A stretch of 63,289 bases of DNA, filler included, from Globobulimina sp. (GCA_003354225.1; 49 parts of 49 records of this genome joined end to end with filler, not necessarily neighbours in it); one strand, 5' to 3'. Shown: positions 13,125 to 25,887, counted from the first letter of the whole stretch. The notes: a model not told the origin generated them from the letters alone. Translations and numbers: made by a program.

Positions 13125-14045
13125 TCAAGATGGCGATATGTAGGAATCTTCAATACATTCCATTCCGAACGCAGCATCATGAACAGAATTATTTTCAACA
13201 CCATTCAGCTGACATAAAAATTTATTCATATCATACCATACTTCAATTTCTTGAACTCTGATTCGAGGATCATTTTCATTTGGCATTTGTACTTTTACTG
13301 TCGCAAATCCATACATAACTATAAGCTCATCATTTCCTTGATTAGTGTTGAAAACGCCATCAAATTCGCCCCAATGTCTCCACGTAAATGCTACTTTTGG
13401 AGGACCACTATAAACCTTTAACACTTCCCACATAAAACCCTTTGGAAATGCAGTAAAAAATGCGTTGTGAGATTCTTCAAATGATATGGATGGATCATAT
13501 AATTTTGGATCGGCATTCTGTAATAAAATATTATAAGATCCCTTTTCCACTGCTCCTTTTGTCTCAACCCATTCTCCATCATTGCCTCTGTAACGAAATA
13601 CATCGGCGGCCATTGACACCCATTGCTTAGGATCACTTTTATTGGTAAGTTCCATTTCCAATGTTTTAACTAAATTTGAGACAGTTTGTTCAAGTGAATT
13701 TGGATCGGACCATTGTCCTATTCTTTCATGCAGATATTTTGCATTTATAAAGGTATAATCAAATGCTTCACCACCTCTCCATGTTATCGCACCAAATTCA
13801 TTATCATCCAAACCATCTCGTTGTGGATACAATGGATGATCACGATTTATAACCTCTTTTTGCTCTTTTTGTAGACTAAATGATTTTTTATTCATCCTTG
13901 GTGTTAACGTTATAATTGGGGAACATGTGGATGTTTTATTTCCTAAAAATGGACATTGCGATAAACTGCCGGTTGATCTGCAATTAGAATAACAACGTCT
14001 AATATTTGTGTTGCTCACTGATGTTATTCTTTTACAGCAAAACAT
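13125..14045 (-). CDS. Pathogen-related protein family (NTF2/SnoaL-like fold) with N-terminal extension
   Basis: WRGG..DY, SLEQTVSNLVKTLEME, GSYNILL, SFEESH..F..AFPKGFMWEVLKVYSGPPKVAFTWRHWG. Confidence 0.85.
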   Translation of the reverse strand: MFCCKRITSVSNTNIRRCYSNCRSTGSLSQCPFLGNKTSTCSPIITLTPRMNKKSFSLQKEQKEVINRDHPLYPQRDGLDDNEFGAITWRGGEAFDYTFINAKYLHERIGQWSDPNSLEQTVSNLVKTLEMELTNKSDPKQWVSMAADVFRYRGNDGEWVETKGAVEKGSYNILLQNADPKLYDPSISFEESHNAFFTAFPKGFMWEVLKVYSGPPKVAFTWRHWGEFDGVFNTNQGNDELIVMYGFATVKVQMPNENDPRIRVQEIEVWYDMNKFLCQLNGVENNSVHDAAFGMECIEDSYISPS

Positions 14046-14292
14046 GATTCTTTAATTTGCAAAAAAACAAAAACTTTATTTTACATCACAATACAAAATG
14101 AACACAGTGCAAAGTGTTAATTTGCGATGGGGGACAGACACNNNNNNNNNNNNNNNNNNNNNNNNNNNNNNNNNNNNNNNNNNNNTTAATTAATTAANNN
14201 NNNNNNNNNNNNNNNNNNNNNNNNNNNNNNNNNNNNNNNNNGTAGTCTTCAGATTATCTTTTTGTAGTGACCACCAGAAATGTTTGGAGTCT

Positions 14293-14367
14293 TCAGATTC
14301 AGAATCTCAAATGTCAGAATCAGAATCTCAAATGTCAGAATCAGAATCTCAAATCTCAGATTCAGAA
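14293..14367. repeat. 21-bp tandem repeat (~3.5 copies, TCAGAATCTCAAATGTCAGAA)
   Basis: Read directly from the sequence. Confidence 0.85.
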
Positions 14368-14573
14368 ACTTAAAAGTCTTTTTATTTTATGACTGGATTT
14401 TAATCACAAGTTTATTTCACTAAGTGACAAAATCCGCATTTTAAAAACCTTTTATTTTAATAGTATATACAGAAATATTCGCCCAAGTTCTGGATAGCAA
14501 CAACATAAACCTTGTTTCTGCCCTAGAAAAACAAATAAAAACAATTACTACACAAACTGCCATAAAAAATTTC

Positions 14574-15435
14574 GTGTTTGACCAATTCTCCATTTTTGCC
14601 GGTATCCCTTCTCCGTACGAACGTTGGGTTGTTCTAAAACTCTCCTTTTATTGGAAGCTATGTAAAAACAAACCCATATCTTACATGCATAAATGGAGCA
14701 CCCTCCCAAACATTGGCAGCTATACACTATACAAACAATACACGGAGCTGAAACAAACGTGGCTTCCAAATGAGCCCCGCTTAGTTGAAAATGTCCTCGT
14801 TGATACGGATATGTTCAATGTCGTCGAAAATCCCGCAGAATTACGCCCAATAATTGTGAAGAAACAACACAAGAAATTAGTGTCCACTTTCAACCCCAAA
14901 CACCCATTTTACATCCTTCAATACCATTTATCCGATTACAAAGCCATAAACACGTACGAAGTCCATGACCTCGCTGACTATATAAACAACAGAATGGTGG
15001 TCCAATACCGAGAACTATTCTATGCTTTCGGCCAAAAACCAAACCATTGCAACCTATGCGATGCATCCATTCCCACTCCAATTGAACATCATCTTTGCTC
15101 CATTTGCCCCGTCCTAGACCGCCTTCGATATTCATACTGGAATAATGCTCGTCTAAAATTAGGCAGTGTAGGCTCCAAAATAAATAGATGCCATAATCAA
15201 GATGTTCGTGTAAATCCTGATACTCTTTGGCGCCTATTATGTGGTGCCAACTTCTTCAATGAAAAGTCGCTCCAATTCGACTATATCCATCAATCCATAG
15301 ACATCTCACATTCCCGAAATACATTCTACAAACTATTCATATCGCTCACCCACAGATACCTAGATTATGTATATCGAATACACAAACACCAATTAACTCC
15401 TCGCCATTGCAAAAACAAACACACTCCAGTCCTTG
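14574..15435 (+). mobile_element. Non-LTR retrotransposon ORF2 C-terminal region with CCHC zinc knuckle
   Basis: CNLC...PIEHHLCSICP resembles the CxxC-x-E/H-x-C knuckle that follows LINE RT domains; C-rich plus strand; RT core absent. Confidence 0.5.
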
Positions 15436-15535
15436 NNNNNNNNNNNNNNNNNNNNNNNNNNNNNNNNNNNNNNNNNNNNTTAATTAATTAANNNNNNNNN
15501 NNNNNNNNNNNNNNNNNNNNNNNNNNNNNNNNNNN

Positions 15536-16062
15536 CGCCGGCGCCACAGCCGCCCCAACGCCGTGCCAACACCGTGCCAACGTTGTGCCAACATAGTGCC
15601 TACGCCGTGTCGGCGTCGTGCGAACCGGCGATTGAGCTGATATCGGATGGAGAGTTGGAAGCGGATTCGAATGGATTTATGTATAGAATACCGACACCAA
15701 ATTATATGGCAGGCAATACGCCGTCGGATGTACACAATATCTCGCCGGTGACGCCAGGATATGGTATCTCGCCCATAACGCCGGGCTATATGGGCTCGAT
15801 GGGCGCATTGACGCCGCTGGCAAAGCAACAGCAAGTTGTGGCGGGCAAACAGGGACAGAACGAGTATTGGGAACGGACCTATCACCAATATGAGAATGAA
15901 AACGATTTGAATGACGGATCTGCGATGGATATCATTGGGAATAATAATAATAATGTCAATGTCAATGCATTTACTACGAAAACACAATTGCAACGAAATA
16001 ATTATGAAGCCGTTGAACCGCCGAATAAGAAAATGAAGCTGAATCATAGCAGAACAACCTGA
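15536..16062 (+). CDS. Hypothetical protein C-terminus with SPxTPGY repeats
   Basis: PTPNY, SPVTPGY, SPITPGY, LTP; C-terminal PPNKKMK NLS-like motif. Confidence 0.5.
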
Positions 16063-17182
16063 ATTTAATTGAGTTGTTTTGTCTTCATTGTTTCCAACAT
16101 CTTTTTTTGATTTTGCTTTGTTTATTAATTGATAACTCTTGTAATGTTGTAATGTTTTTGTGATCTTTTTGCAATCTTTGCAAATCTACAAATTATCTGT
16201 TTGACATTAAAAACATTCTTATTTTCTTGAATACTACTTTTTGGAAACCCGTGTCCGAAACAGGTACGTTATTCTAAAGTATATGTTGGAAACAATGAAT
16301 TAAGAGTTACTCAGATCAATTGATATATGGTTTTGTTGTAAGTCATTATGTTGGATTATTAGCTTAAGCACATGTTCAATTCCATTGTAATCCAATCCTG
16401 CCAAATAAAATGAAATATAGAGAAAGCCACAACCTCTACTTCGCATTATCCAAACTATCCAAACTATCCAATAGTAGACTCCTCCTCGAGATCTTATGAG
16501 AACAAAAAGTAATTTACCAATAAATATGAGTCTTGTTTTGGTCCAAAATGTTTGTACTTCCAATAATGTTGGATCAAAGGGAGGTTTATTGCAGTAATTG
16601 CACAATTCACGGTTAACGGTTTGATAGTTACACAATATTCGTCATATGATATGGGTGCTGAAGTTATCGACGTCAGAAGTATTGGCGCAATGTCTTTGAC
16701 TAAAAAAAAATTGAGTTAAGCAGTTTTTANNNNNNNNNNNNNNNNNNNNNNNNNNNNNNNNNNNNNNNNNNNNTTAATTAATTAANNNNNNNNNNNNNNN
16801 NNNNNNNNNNNNNNNNNNNNNNNNNNNNNTGTTTCCTCTTCGGTGGCTTCATATGTTTGTTTTCATGAAATATGACATTGCAAACGATACAGAATACAAA
16901 TTGTATATTGTAAGTATATACTTGTATTTGCTTGCATTTCTTTGTTGACCTCTTGCTTTACATTGTTTAATTCGTAGCTACCGCAGCAATAATACGGTAT
17001 ATTTTCAGATAGTTCAGCTCCCATTGTTTGGAGCTAACTTTACTTGAAACGTTTTCACAGAATGATGAGAATATATTCTACGGCTTTTAAAATTTTATAT
17101 TTACACAATATAAAATTAAAATTAGTGCATGCGATTTGCTGACCATGAATGCATAAAAAGTAAAAGAAAAAACAGAATGAGT

Positions 17183-17707
17183 TTACTCATAAGTCATATA
17201 TTCATCATAGCGCCAGGATATGTAGCTACACGCATACTGGCTATTTTTACATCTCGCACATAAATCTTTTCGATGACGTTTCATTTCATCATTATTACGA
17301 TCCTCGTCTGTTCCGCCAATGAGATAATCACAATCAAGCGCTTTATTCTCTGCTCCACATTCTTTGCATTGCTGACTAAACAAAACATGCCACCATCCAT
17401 TACAAAATGTATACGCAGACTCCCAAATATTTTCACATGAAACGCATTTATACCAACCATATCTACGATGTTCACATTTTCCCGGATGTTCACATTTACA
17501 ACCAGCTTCAATAAAATTTGTATAATACATCCCAGGCACTACACTATATCCACAGCCTTCACATTCCTCACTGCGTGGCGCATTTGTACTATATAACTCA
17601 TATTCTCTTTGGGAGACCCAAAATATATCACAGAATGAGCAGTGATATTCACCATATTCTTGAAATATTCTCTTCTGTGCAGGTTGCGATGGCTTTCTTT
17701 TGTTCAT
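17183..17707 (-). CDS. Tandem zf-3CxxC-type (ZAR1/ZCCHC24 C-terminal-like) zinc-finger protein
   Basis: YGEYHCxxCxxxWxS...ECxxC and YGWYKCxxCxxxWES...QQCKEC...HRKDLCARC. Confidence 0.7.
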   Translation of the reverse strand: MNKRKPSQPAQKRIFQEYGEYHCSFCDIFWVSQREYELYSTNAPRSEECEGCGYSVVPGMYYTNFIEAGCKCEHPGKCEHRRYGWYKCVSCENIWESAYTFCNGWWHVLFSQQCKECGAENKALDCDYLIGGTDEDRNNDEMKRHRKDLCARCKNSQYACSYISWRYDEYMTYE

Positions 17708-20700
17708 AATTCAGATCTAATCTGAACAGCGCAAATTGACTTATGTGCCAATTGATTTCTAATCTAAACCGGTTTTGATGAAGAAAATGTGAGGTAGGGT
17801 TTTTTATAAATTAATTATACATTTTTACAATGCCTAAACATGAGTCATCTCAGCTTGAAATGCTACTGGAAATTCCAACAGCAACTCTATCTTTTATTGC
17901 GTTGGATGCATTCTGTATTGTTGCTATTTTGATTGTATTATTGTTGTTACTATATAAATTAGTTTGTAAAAAAGACGATGCAGTTCCGGACCATATTATT
18001 ATTAATTGGGACTTTCAAGAAGANNNNNNNNNNNNNNNNNNNNNNNNNNNNNNNNNNNNNNNNNNNNTTAATTAATTAANNNNNNNNNNNNNNNNNNNNN
18101 NNNNNNNNNNNNNNNNNNNNNNNCTCCTATAGTCATACATGTATGATTTTTAATTATTTTTCATAGTCATACATAATTCATTATCTCGGACGAGATCCCC
18201 TTTATTTCATACATCATATCTGAATATATGATTCTGCGTCTTATAGGAGTTAACCCTGTACCATATTTAGGACATAAATCTAACTGTATCAAGTGAATGA
18301 TCGTGGCAAGTAATCACACGACATGATTACCGATCACTACTATTACTCGCTTCGGGCGCTAATTTGACAAACAAGCCCGCCAAACACATGGTGACGGCCA
18401 CCGAGGCCTCGGATTTGCTCAGGAACAGATTATTGGGTCTAAACGCCGTCAGTGCCGCGAAGATAATCATCGCAAAATACGAAATAAGTCGCCTGCGCCA
18501 GCCTCGGCCAACAAGTCAGGCCCGGCCCGGTCGTTCCACATCGCGAGTCTGATAAGTTTGGAGTCGTCATTGTTTATCAAAAGACATTCGAAGTAGAGCT
18601 CCTTCGCTTCGTCGATGTCTTCTTCTGTGATCTCTCCGCACTCAAACGAAATTTGCACTGTATACGTGCACTGTCCCGTGCCGATTTTGATATTTTTCGC
18701 CAATCCATACATGCTATCCATCAGTACCGCATTCCTATACAAACAAACACGCAAAATCGCACAATTGCATCAAACAAACTACTAAACTTTGGATAGATGC
18801 TTGTGTGAGTGCTGTCCATTGCAGCCATCTTTGTAGTCATCTTTGTAGTCTTCGTCAACCTCATAGGCGCCAGTTGTGTCCGTCGTGGCGGTAAGTATTG
18901 CTGGACAGATTTGTGTCTTGTTATGGTTGTTTATAGCCATTTGGGATCATTGCGGTGGGTATTTGGGTTTGGGTTGTGACTGTGAGTTTGAGTAAGGCTG
19001 CGAGGGTAATGCGATGATCGATATCGTTTGCACTATTTGGCAAGGGTCGTTGGGTTGTGATTGGTGGATTGTGTTTGGGTGACTTCTTATGACGGAGACC
19101 TCATTGAGACTAGGATTTGAGTGAAAACTTTTTTTAATCATCAGACTTTTTGCGACTTAAGGAAAACATGTGTGTTGGATGGAACCAACCCAGAATTAAA
19201 TTCATCTGTGTTGATTGTTTGATCACTGTTGGGTTGTTTATTAGTTAGTTTATTCTCCCATGAATAAAAATTTGTTAGAATATCAAGGTTTATATGGATG
19301 TTTGTACATGGATCTTANNNNNNNNNNNNNNNNNNNNNNNNNNNNNNNNNNNNNNNNNNNNTTAATTAATTAANNNNNNNNNNNNNNNNNNNNNNNNNNN
19401 NNNNNNNNNNNNNNNNNGTGATGCACACTGAATCCCTTGAATTGACTCGGTGAATCTTAAGGTTTTTCGAATCCTCGAATCTGAATCCTCGAATCCTTGA
19501 ATACTGCGAATAAGCTCGAAAACCTGAATGCTCAGAAAACCACTTTATTCCTTCTTCATCCTTCCTTCATCCTTCCTTCATCCTTCAAGTCTTCGTCGAA
19601 CATCACCATGAACCAACCAAAATGGTACGTGTTTATGTTTGAATTCCTTTTGGCGGTTAATCCAACCGTACAAATACACAAATGAGTCTAAGCAATCCAA
19701 CGGGATTCGCGCAATCAATTCGTCATGGATCAATTCACCGAGATCAATTCGCACAATTCGTAATCAATTAATTCGTAATCACCGCGTTCAATCACCGCGG
19801 TCAATCACTGCGATCAACAATTTGGCTCAAATGAGTTGAAGAATTAATTCAATTAATAATCAATTTAATTAATAATCAAATTCAAAAAAATAACAAAATC
19901 ACGCAAATCACCACGACCTCGTCCTCGTTCCCAACCAATTCCTCATCCACAATCACCACGTGCAAATCATCCAAATTAATTACAACAATGATTAATTACA
20001 ACAATGAGTTATGTTATATTTGTAATTTATATTGTTTAATTTGTTTTTTTTTTATATAGAAATAGACCTCGACCACGACCTCGACCTCGACCACGACCAC
20101 GACCACGAGTCCACGACCACGTTTATGTTGAATTGGGTCAACCTCTGAGTATGACACGGAACACTCAAGTTGTTTGGGCGAAAAATCCACGGTTCGGCGG
20201 GCTAGAAGGTGGGCATAAAAACCTCATTAATGCAGTAACCTCCGTCCGTGAGGCATATATATCCTCGGCGACTGAGCATTGCGTTTCAGCGGTGTAGGCT
20301 TTCGGGCCAAACAAAATGCCGCCACCAATTCAACAAAGAACGAGAATGTATGTAAAAGAACGAGAACAATTACAACAATGAACAAGTATGTATGTATTGT
20401 TTTTTTTTATGCATCTGTAATTTGTATTGTTTAATTTGTTTTTTTTTATATAGATATTGCGTCGAATTAATTCAAAACCACGCGAACAAGACCAACCTCG
20501 CAAAGACATCATACCAATAACATTAAATTTATATATATTCAATAAAAAAAGGACAGCCTCTGCCACCGTTCCCGGCAAGCTCCAAAAATCAGTCCTTTTC
20601 GCACCGGCCCTNNNNNNNNNNNNNNNNNNNNNNNNNNNNNNNNNNNNNNNNNNNNTTAATTAATTAANNNNNNNNNNNNNNNNNNNNNNNNNNNNNNNNN

Positions 20701-22996
20701 NNNNNNNNNNNAATTGTAAAAACAAGAATAAAATTTATATTATTAATCATAAAAAAAGAAAGTAAAATTTATTTATTATTTTCATATTATATCTCTCGCA
20801 ATAAAACACAGGAATTATTGCAAGATAAAGGGATCAAAGTCACTAAAACAAAATAAATTGTTTTCAGACTCTCGTTCTAATGTATTATATCATTAATTAT
20901 TGTTTCTATTCCATAAATATCTGATATTATATCTTTAATAATAACCATTGCTTTCCTATGTGCATAATAATTAATGTCTCCATTTATTGTTATTCTCACA
21001 TTTTGATTGGATTCAATTAAAACTGATATTGTTGTAATATAATAATTTCACAACATTTCAAATTTTATGTCTCGGAATCAGTAACAAATATGGTGAATCA
21101 TTCATATTTGTATTCATGGTTGAAACATATCCTATTTATTTACTATTCGATGAATATTACTCAAATTAAACTCATTCATATCATTCCAATCACTGTACTC
21201 AGATTAAATCACTTCGGACATATATAATTCCATCAATATTTAAACCAACATTTGCAACCAACACATAATAATATAAATATATTAGTAATGTATAAATACA
21301 TTACAAGTACATATCAGTCACATTGTTGCGCGAAATTTAATTCAGTTTTATAATATTTCAAGTCAAATAATAAGGATATTCCACCATAGCCGAATAGACT
21401 CAAAAAATTTATCAAATATCAATAACATATTGGTATTTACAATGTTTTTCGAGCGCTAAATACTTCAAATAATACCAACCTGCGTACAATCTCTATTTAC
21501 CTGTCATTTATCAACATGTGATACAATCAAATGACATTCGATATCCTTACCTGGTCTTTATGCCATTATATTCGCTCTAAATGACATGGTTATTTTCTCG
21601 GATTTTAACAATAAAAACAATTAAATTTAATCATATTCATCTAATTTATTACAGATCTATGTATTTCTTAAATCGTTTAGTATTAAACACATAATTTATA
21701 GTTATTTTATGGTGTTTTATACGATCGGTATATTGATTGCGGACTTCAATATTTTTTCGTGTATTTTATTTGCTTTGTCTATCCACTCATTATTTTCATC
21801 AATTATATATCTGCCAAATTCGTCAATGTCTGGTATATTGTCGTTGCATTGCAAAAAATAATTTAAATTCTCAAATTTCTCGCATGAATTTAATAATTTG
21901 TATTTNNNNNNNNNNNNNNNNNNNNNNNNNNNNNNNNNNNNNNNNNNNNTTAATTAATTAANNNNNNNNNNNNNNNNNNNNNNNNNNNNNNNNNNNNNNN
22001 NNNNNACAGTACTACGCAAACGATATCGTATAAGCAGCCAAATATACAATACATCCATCCCGGATCGCAGAATACATCCACGGTTCAATCCGGTTGTAGC
22101 AGTATGACCACTGCGACGGTGACGGACAGCGCAATTAGCGATAATTCGCAAGATACCAACAGCGATTATTTACATATTCAGATCAGGGACGAATCAGTGA
22201 CTAACTTCGGACCTACACTCGATTTAATTGACATTGACGAGGCCTCCACTGCAAACTCCTCGTTTCATAAGAATCGGCTGAATATTATGGACCACATTCG
22301 CGGCAAAGCGCGTTCGCGGAGCACCAGTTACCAGCGAGAGATCATTGGCAAACACGGGGCTTATTCGCAACAAACTGCTCCGATAGTGAATCCGTTGTCG
22401 AGTTCGAGCATTTCTCCGCCGAGTCCGCCACGGGATGTGATGCAGAATAATCAGAGCAGTATGCATGCGATCACGCCGTGGGAGAACCAGCAATCGTTCC
22501 CATCGCATATCAATGTGGTGTATGACGATGACGATGAGGACGATGATACGACCAATAATTCCAAGAATGACACAAATAATTCATGCACTATTTCGGTGCG
22601 ACGGGCGATACAACATTTAGTCCCAAATTATTGTTAAGTGGTGTTTTTTTTTTGTGTTTTCTGTTTCTATGATTATGATGGCCCTTTCTCCGTTTTTTTT
22701 TATTGTATCCCCCCCTCACAAATATTAGAAATAGGTTACAAATTTTTGTCTGAGGATATGATGCAAATTAACGGAGAAATGGTTTTTATAATTTAATGAT
22801 TTCATTTCACAAATTATAAAAAATACATAGATCGTTGTCATATCATATCAAATGTAACAAAAATTGTAGCTTATTTTACTATTATTATTATTATATAAAC
22901 ATAAATAAATAAACAACCAACCACTATGTTTCTATATATTATGTTACATATTATATATTTTAAATATATCTATACATAGACGATGATGCCAAACAG

Positions 22997-23199
22997 ATGG
23001 AATTACCGATATCCGATCAGAAAATGGTAGTAATCGATATAGGATCGCAACTAAGCAAAGTAGGGTTGGCGGGGAGTAACAAACCCGCCGTAATCTTCCA
23101 ATCCATGGTTGCCAAACACAAATTGAATGGCAGTCGCACCATAATTGGCGACAAAATCGATAAACTAACAAACTATCAATGTGGATATCCGATCGATCG
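22997..23199 (+). CDS. Divergent actin/actin-related protein, N-terminal fragment
   Basis: VVIDIGSQLSKVGLAG..KPAVIF.SMV...IIGD...YPI (actin phosphate-1 loop). Confidence 0.8.
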
Positions 23200-23316
23200 N
23201 NNNNNNNNNNNNNNNNNNNNNNNNNNNNNNNNNNNNNNNNNNNTTAATTAATTAANNNNNNNNNNNNNNNNNNNNNNNNNNNNNNNNNNNNNNNNNNNNT
23301 CTTGTGCTTTGGAAGG

Positions 23317-23527
23317 AATGCATTTAAGTCAGGGGTTGAGAAGTTAAGAGGTTCAGACGTTTATGTGTTGAGAGCTTGGGATGTTCAGAAGTTGGTGGAT
23401 AAAAGTATCGTAGAATTGGATTCTTGTTTCATTAATAATCCAACTTCTGAACCTCTCAACTTCTCAACGCATAAACCTCTGAACCTCTCAACCTCTCAAC
23501 CTCTCAACCCTCTGACTTTAATGCATT
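23317..23527. mobile_element. Foldback/MITE-like element with ~80-bp inverted arms made of 8-bp subrepeats
   Basis: Left arm AAGTCAGGGGTTGAG...GTTCAGAAGTTGG pairs with right arm CCAACTTCTGAAC...CTCAACCCTCTGACTT; AATGCATT at both ends. Confidence 0.75.
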
Positions 23528-24593
23528 TCTTTCAATGAAGCGACTTTTTTTACAAATAAGCGTGCCATAATAGATTCCCAGTAATTCAGGTTACATTATT
23601 TCCTAACTTTCAAATGACTAAACAAAATATAAAAATCAAAACCTATAAAATAACTTGACTACAATTCACTAAATTGATGCACATCGTTGGCACAAAATAT
23701 ATAAATATCTTTATTTCATGATTCAAACGTCTCAGATCAATTATAATCTGGACTTTAGTGCTTTTATCTTGCTTTATATCGTTTCATTGTAATATTTAAT
23801 CAATAATTGTTTAAGTTAGTAATTTTATTCCAACGTACTGCATTTTTATCCAATAAATATTTTTATCCAATAAATTATTATCATATCACACAATATAATC
23901 GAAACTCTGTTGCATTTTCTACATTTTGGGCGTCATCATACACAATTTCTTCCTCGTCGTCCTCATATTCTTTTCAATATAATCCGAGTAATGCCAAGCA
24001 GCAAAAAATTACTTTACAATCTCAAATAAAAATAGAAATATTTAATCCTTTCCAAGTAGTGGGCACCAAATTTTTTATCTCAAACAATATTATTATTATC
24101 AAACTCGCGATATCTGCTTCCTTTGGTAAATTCTTTTAAATTTTAGCTCTCACAACAAATTATTCATTGATTTATCATTGATCGATGTCATGCAATGTCA
24201 GCAAAAGTGATTAAATTATCTTTCCATTGATCAACAATTGTTGTTATTGTATGTGACAATTGACTCCACATTAAACCTTGACTTGATGCGATGCATAATG
24301 AGAGTTGCGTGAGAAACGTTGACCATAGATTAGATTCTGAAAGAGTAAAATATAGATTTTAAAAATTGTTGAAAACTTCTGTTTAATTCATGGCGAAAGC
24401 AAGAACAAGTATCAATTCGTACGTAACATCAATCACAGTATCATATATTCATAATATTTATCAATTATAGCAATAAATTCCTGAAATGCCGGGNNNNNNN
24501 NNNNNNNNNNNNNNNNNNNNNNNNNNNNNNNNNNNNNTTAATTAATTAANNNNNNNNNNNNNNNNNNNNNNNNNNNNNNNNNNNNNNNNNNNN

Positions 24594-24749
24594 TGTTAAT
24601 CGCGGATCTTTTTTCAAATTTTCAAAAGCAAATTGCAAATATGAAATCCAACCAGTATATTGTTTATACTTGAGCATGTAATTTTTTAATGGGATAAGTT
24701 TTGAATTTTTATCAGCAATCACAGTGATAATAGCTAAATCAGTCTTCAT
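24594..24749 (-). CDS. Hypothetical ORF coupled (ATGA overlap) to the packaging ATPase, 3' partial
   Basis: ATG overlaps the ATPase TGA at 24746-24749. Confidence 0.5.
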
Positions 24750-25465
24750 TTTCTATAATTGTAAACTAATCTTTCTTTTTCCCAGGGGAAAAAACCGCAC
24801 CTCAACCGGTGTTTATTGGACCGTATGGATGATGGTGAATTGTCAATCATTAAATAGTCCATCTGTCTGGTCAGAAACACGTGATCGGCCACTGTTGGTA
24901 GAAAACTAGGGTTTCTGTAGAACAAGGATCTCTGCAATGTATCCAACGCGTTTCCATTCAAAATTCCAGGTAGTAAGAATATGTATGCAGTGTTTTTTCT
25001 GATACATCGCATTGAATCCCCTCCTTGCTGTAAATCTTGTACAGTAAGAAAGCACATTGTCCCAGAACCATCGGCTATGTGATGAGCAAACACAGTAAAT
25101 AGTTCTTCAATGCAATTATCTTTCAGACCGACCTTGCTTCCCATATCATCCAATAATACAACTTGACTTTCATCATCTGCCAATGGTCCTAATGAGCTTG
25201 TCAGTTGTTCGAGTGTAGGTGGTTGTTGGAAAAAGGAAATTTCGCAATCTGGAGGTAAGATTTCTTGGCTAATTTCGCGATATATTTTTTGCCATGTATT
25301 ATAAAATATGAGTACTCTTTTTAGTTTTGGTCTGCTTGGACATATGCAAGTGGACCAATTGGCCAAAATATTTTTGACTAGAGTTGATTTTCCACTGAAA
25401 CTTGGACCAAGAACCAAGGCAGAACTAGGGAATGAGAGGTAATAATTATTTATTGGTTCGTACAT
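24746..25465 (-). CDS. Polinton/Maverick (adintovirus-like) A32/FtsK-family packaging ATPase
   Basis: Walker A GPSFSGKS, Walker B VVLLDD, LFTVFAHH, LTVQ, IRKNTAYIFL, YLMID; 239 aa, intronless. Confidence 0.85.
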   Translation of the reverse strand: MYEPINNYYLSFPSSALVLGPSFSGKSTLVKNILANWSTCICPSRPKLKRVLIFYNTWQKIYREISQEILPPDCEISFFQQPPTLEQLTSSLGPLADDESQVVLLDDMGSKVGLKDNCIEELFTVFAHHIADGSGTMCFLTVQDLQQGGDSMRCIRKNTAYIFLLPGILNGNALDTLQRSLFYRNPSFLPTVADHVFLTRQMDYLMIDNSPSSIRSNKHRLRCGFFPWEKERLVYNYRK

Positions 25466-25506
25466 GTTTATGGATGGAATAAAAAAGTTGACAACCGAAA
25501 ATGCTT

Positions 25507-25787
25507 TTATACTTGACGATCGAGAACCATTTTTTCATATTTTTTGCATTTTTGACTCAACGTTTTATTCTGTAATTTTGTGCAATCGATCCATGGTCCA
25601 TCCAGTTTAACTGCGGCACCGTAATTTTCATCGAACCATTCGATCATGTGTTGATCGCGCAAAATGTTTGTTCTCTCTGGCATCATTTTCATGATAGATT
25701 CGAACGTTTTGGTGCCGCATAAATTATGACCGGAATACAGACAATAAATCGAGCAAATGGTTGTGAATTCTGATTGCAATTGTTTAT
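25507..25787 (-). CDS. Adenain-like cysteine protease C-terminus (Polinton PRO), 5' partial
   Basis: KQLQSEFTTICSIYCLY matches the Q-x5-C-G/S-x-Y-C catalytic motif; lies next to the ATPase. Confidence 0.7.
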
Positions 25788-25887
25788 NNNNNNNNNNNNN
25801 NNNNNNNNNNNNNNNNNNNNNNNNNNNNNNNTTAATTAATTAANNNNNNNNNNNNNNNNNNNNNNNNNNNNNNNNNNNNNNNNNNNN

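Noticed and set aside
20712-21905. Possible coding or RNA gene
   Set aside because: Very AT-rich, with no sustained ORF or recognisable structure
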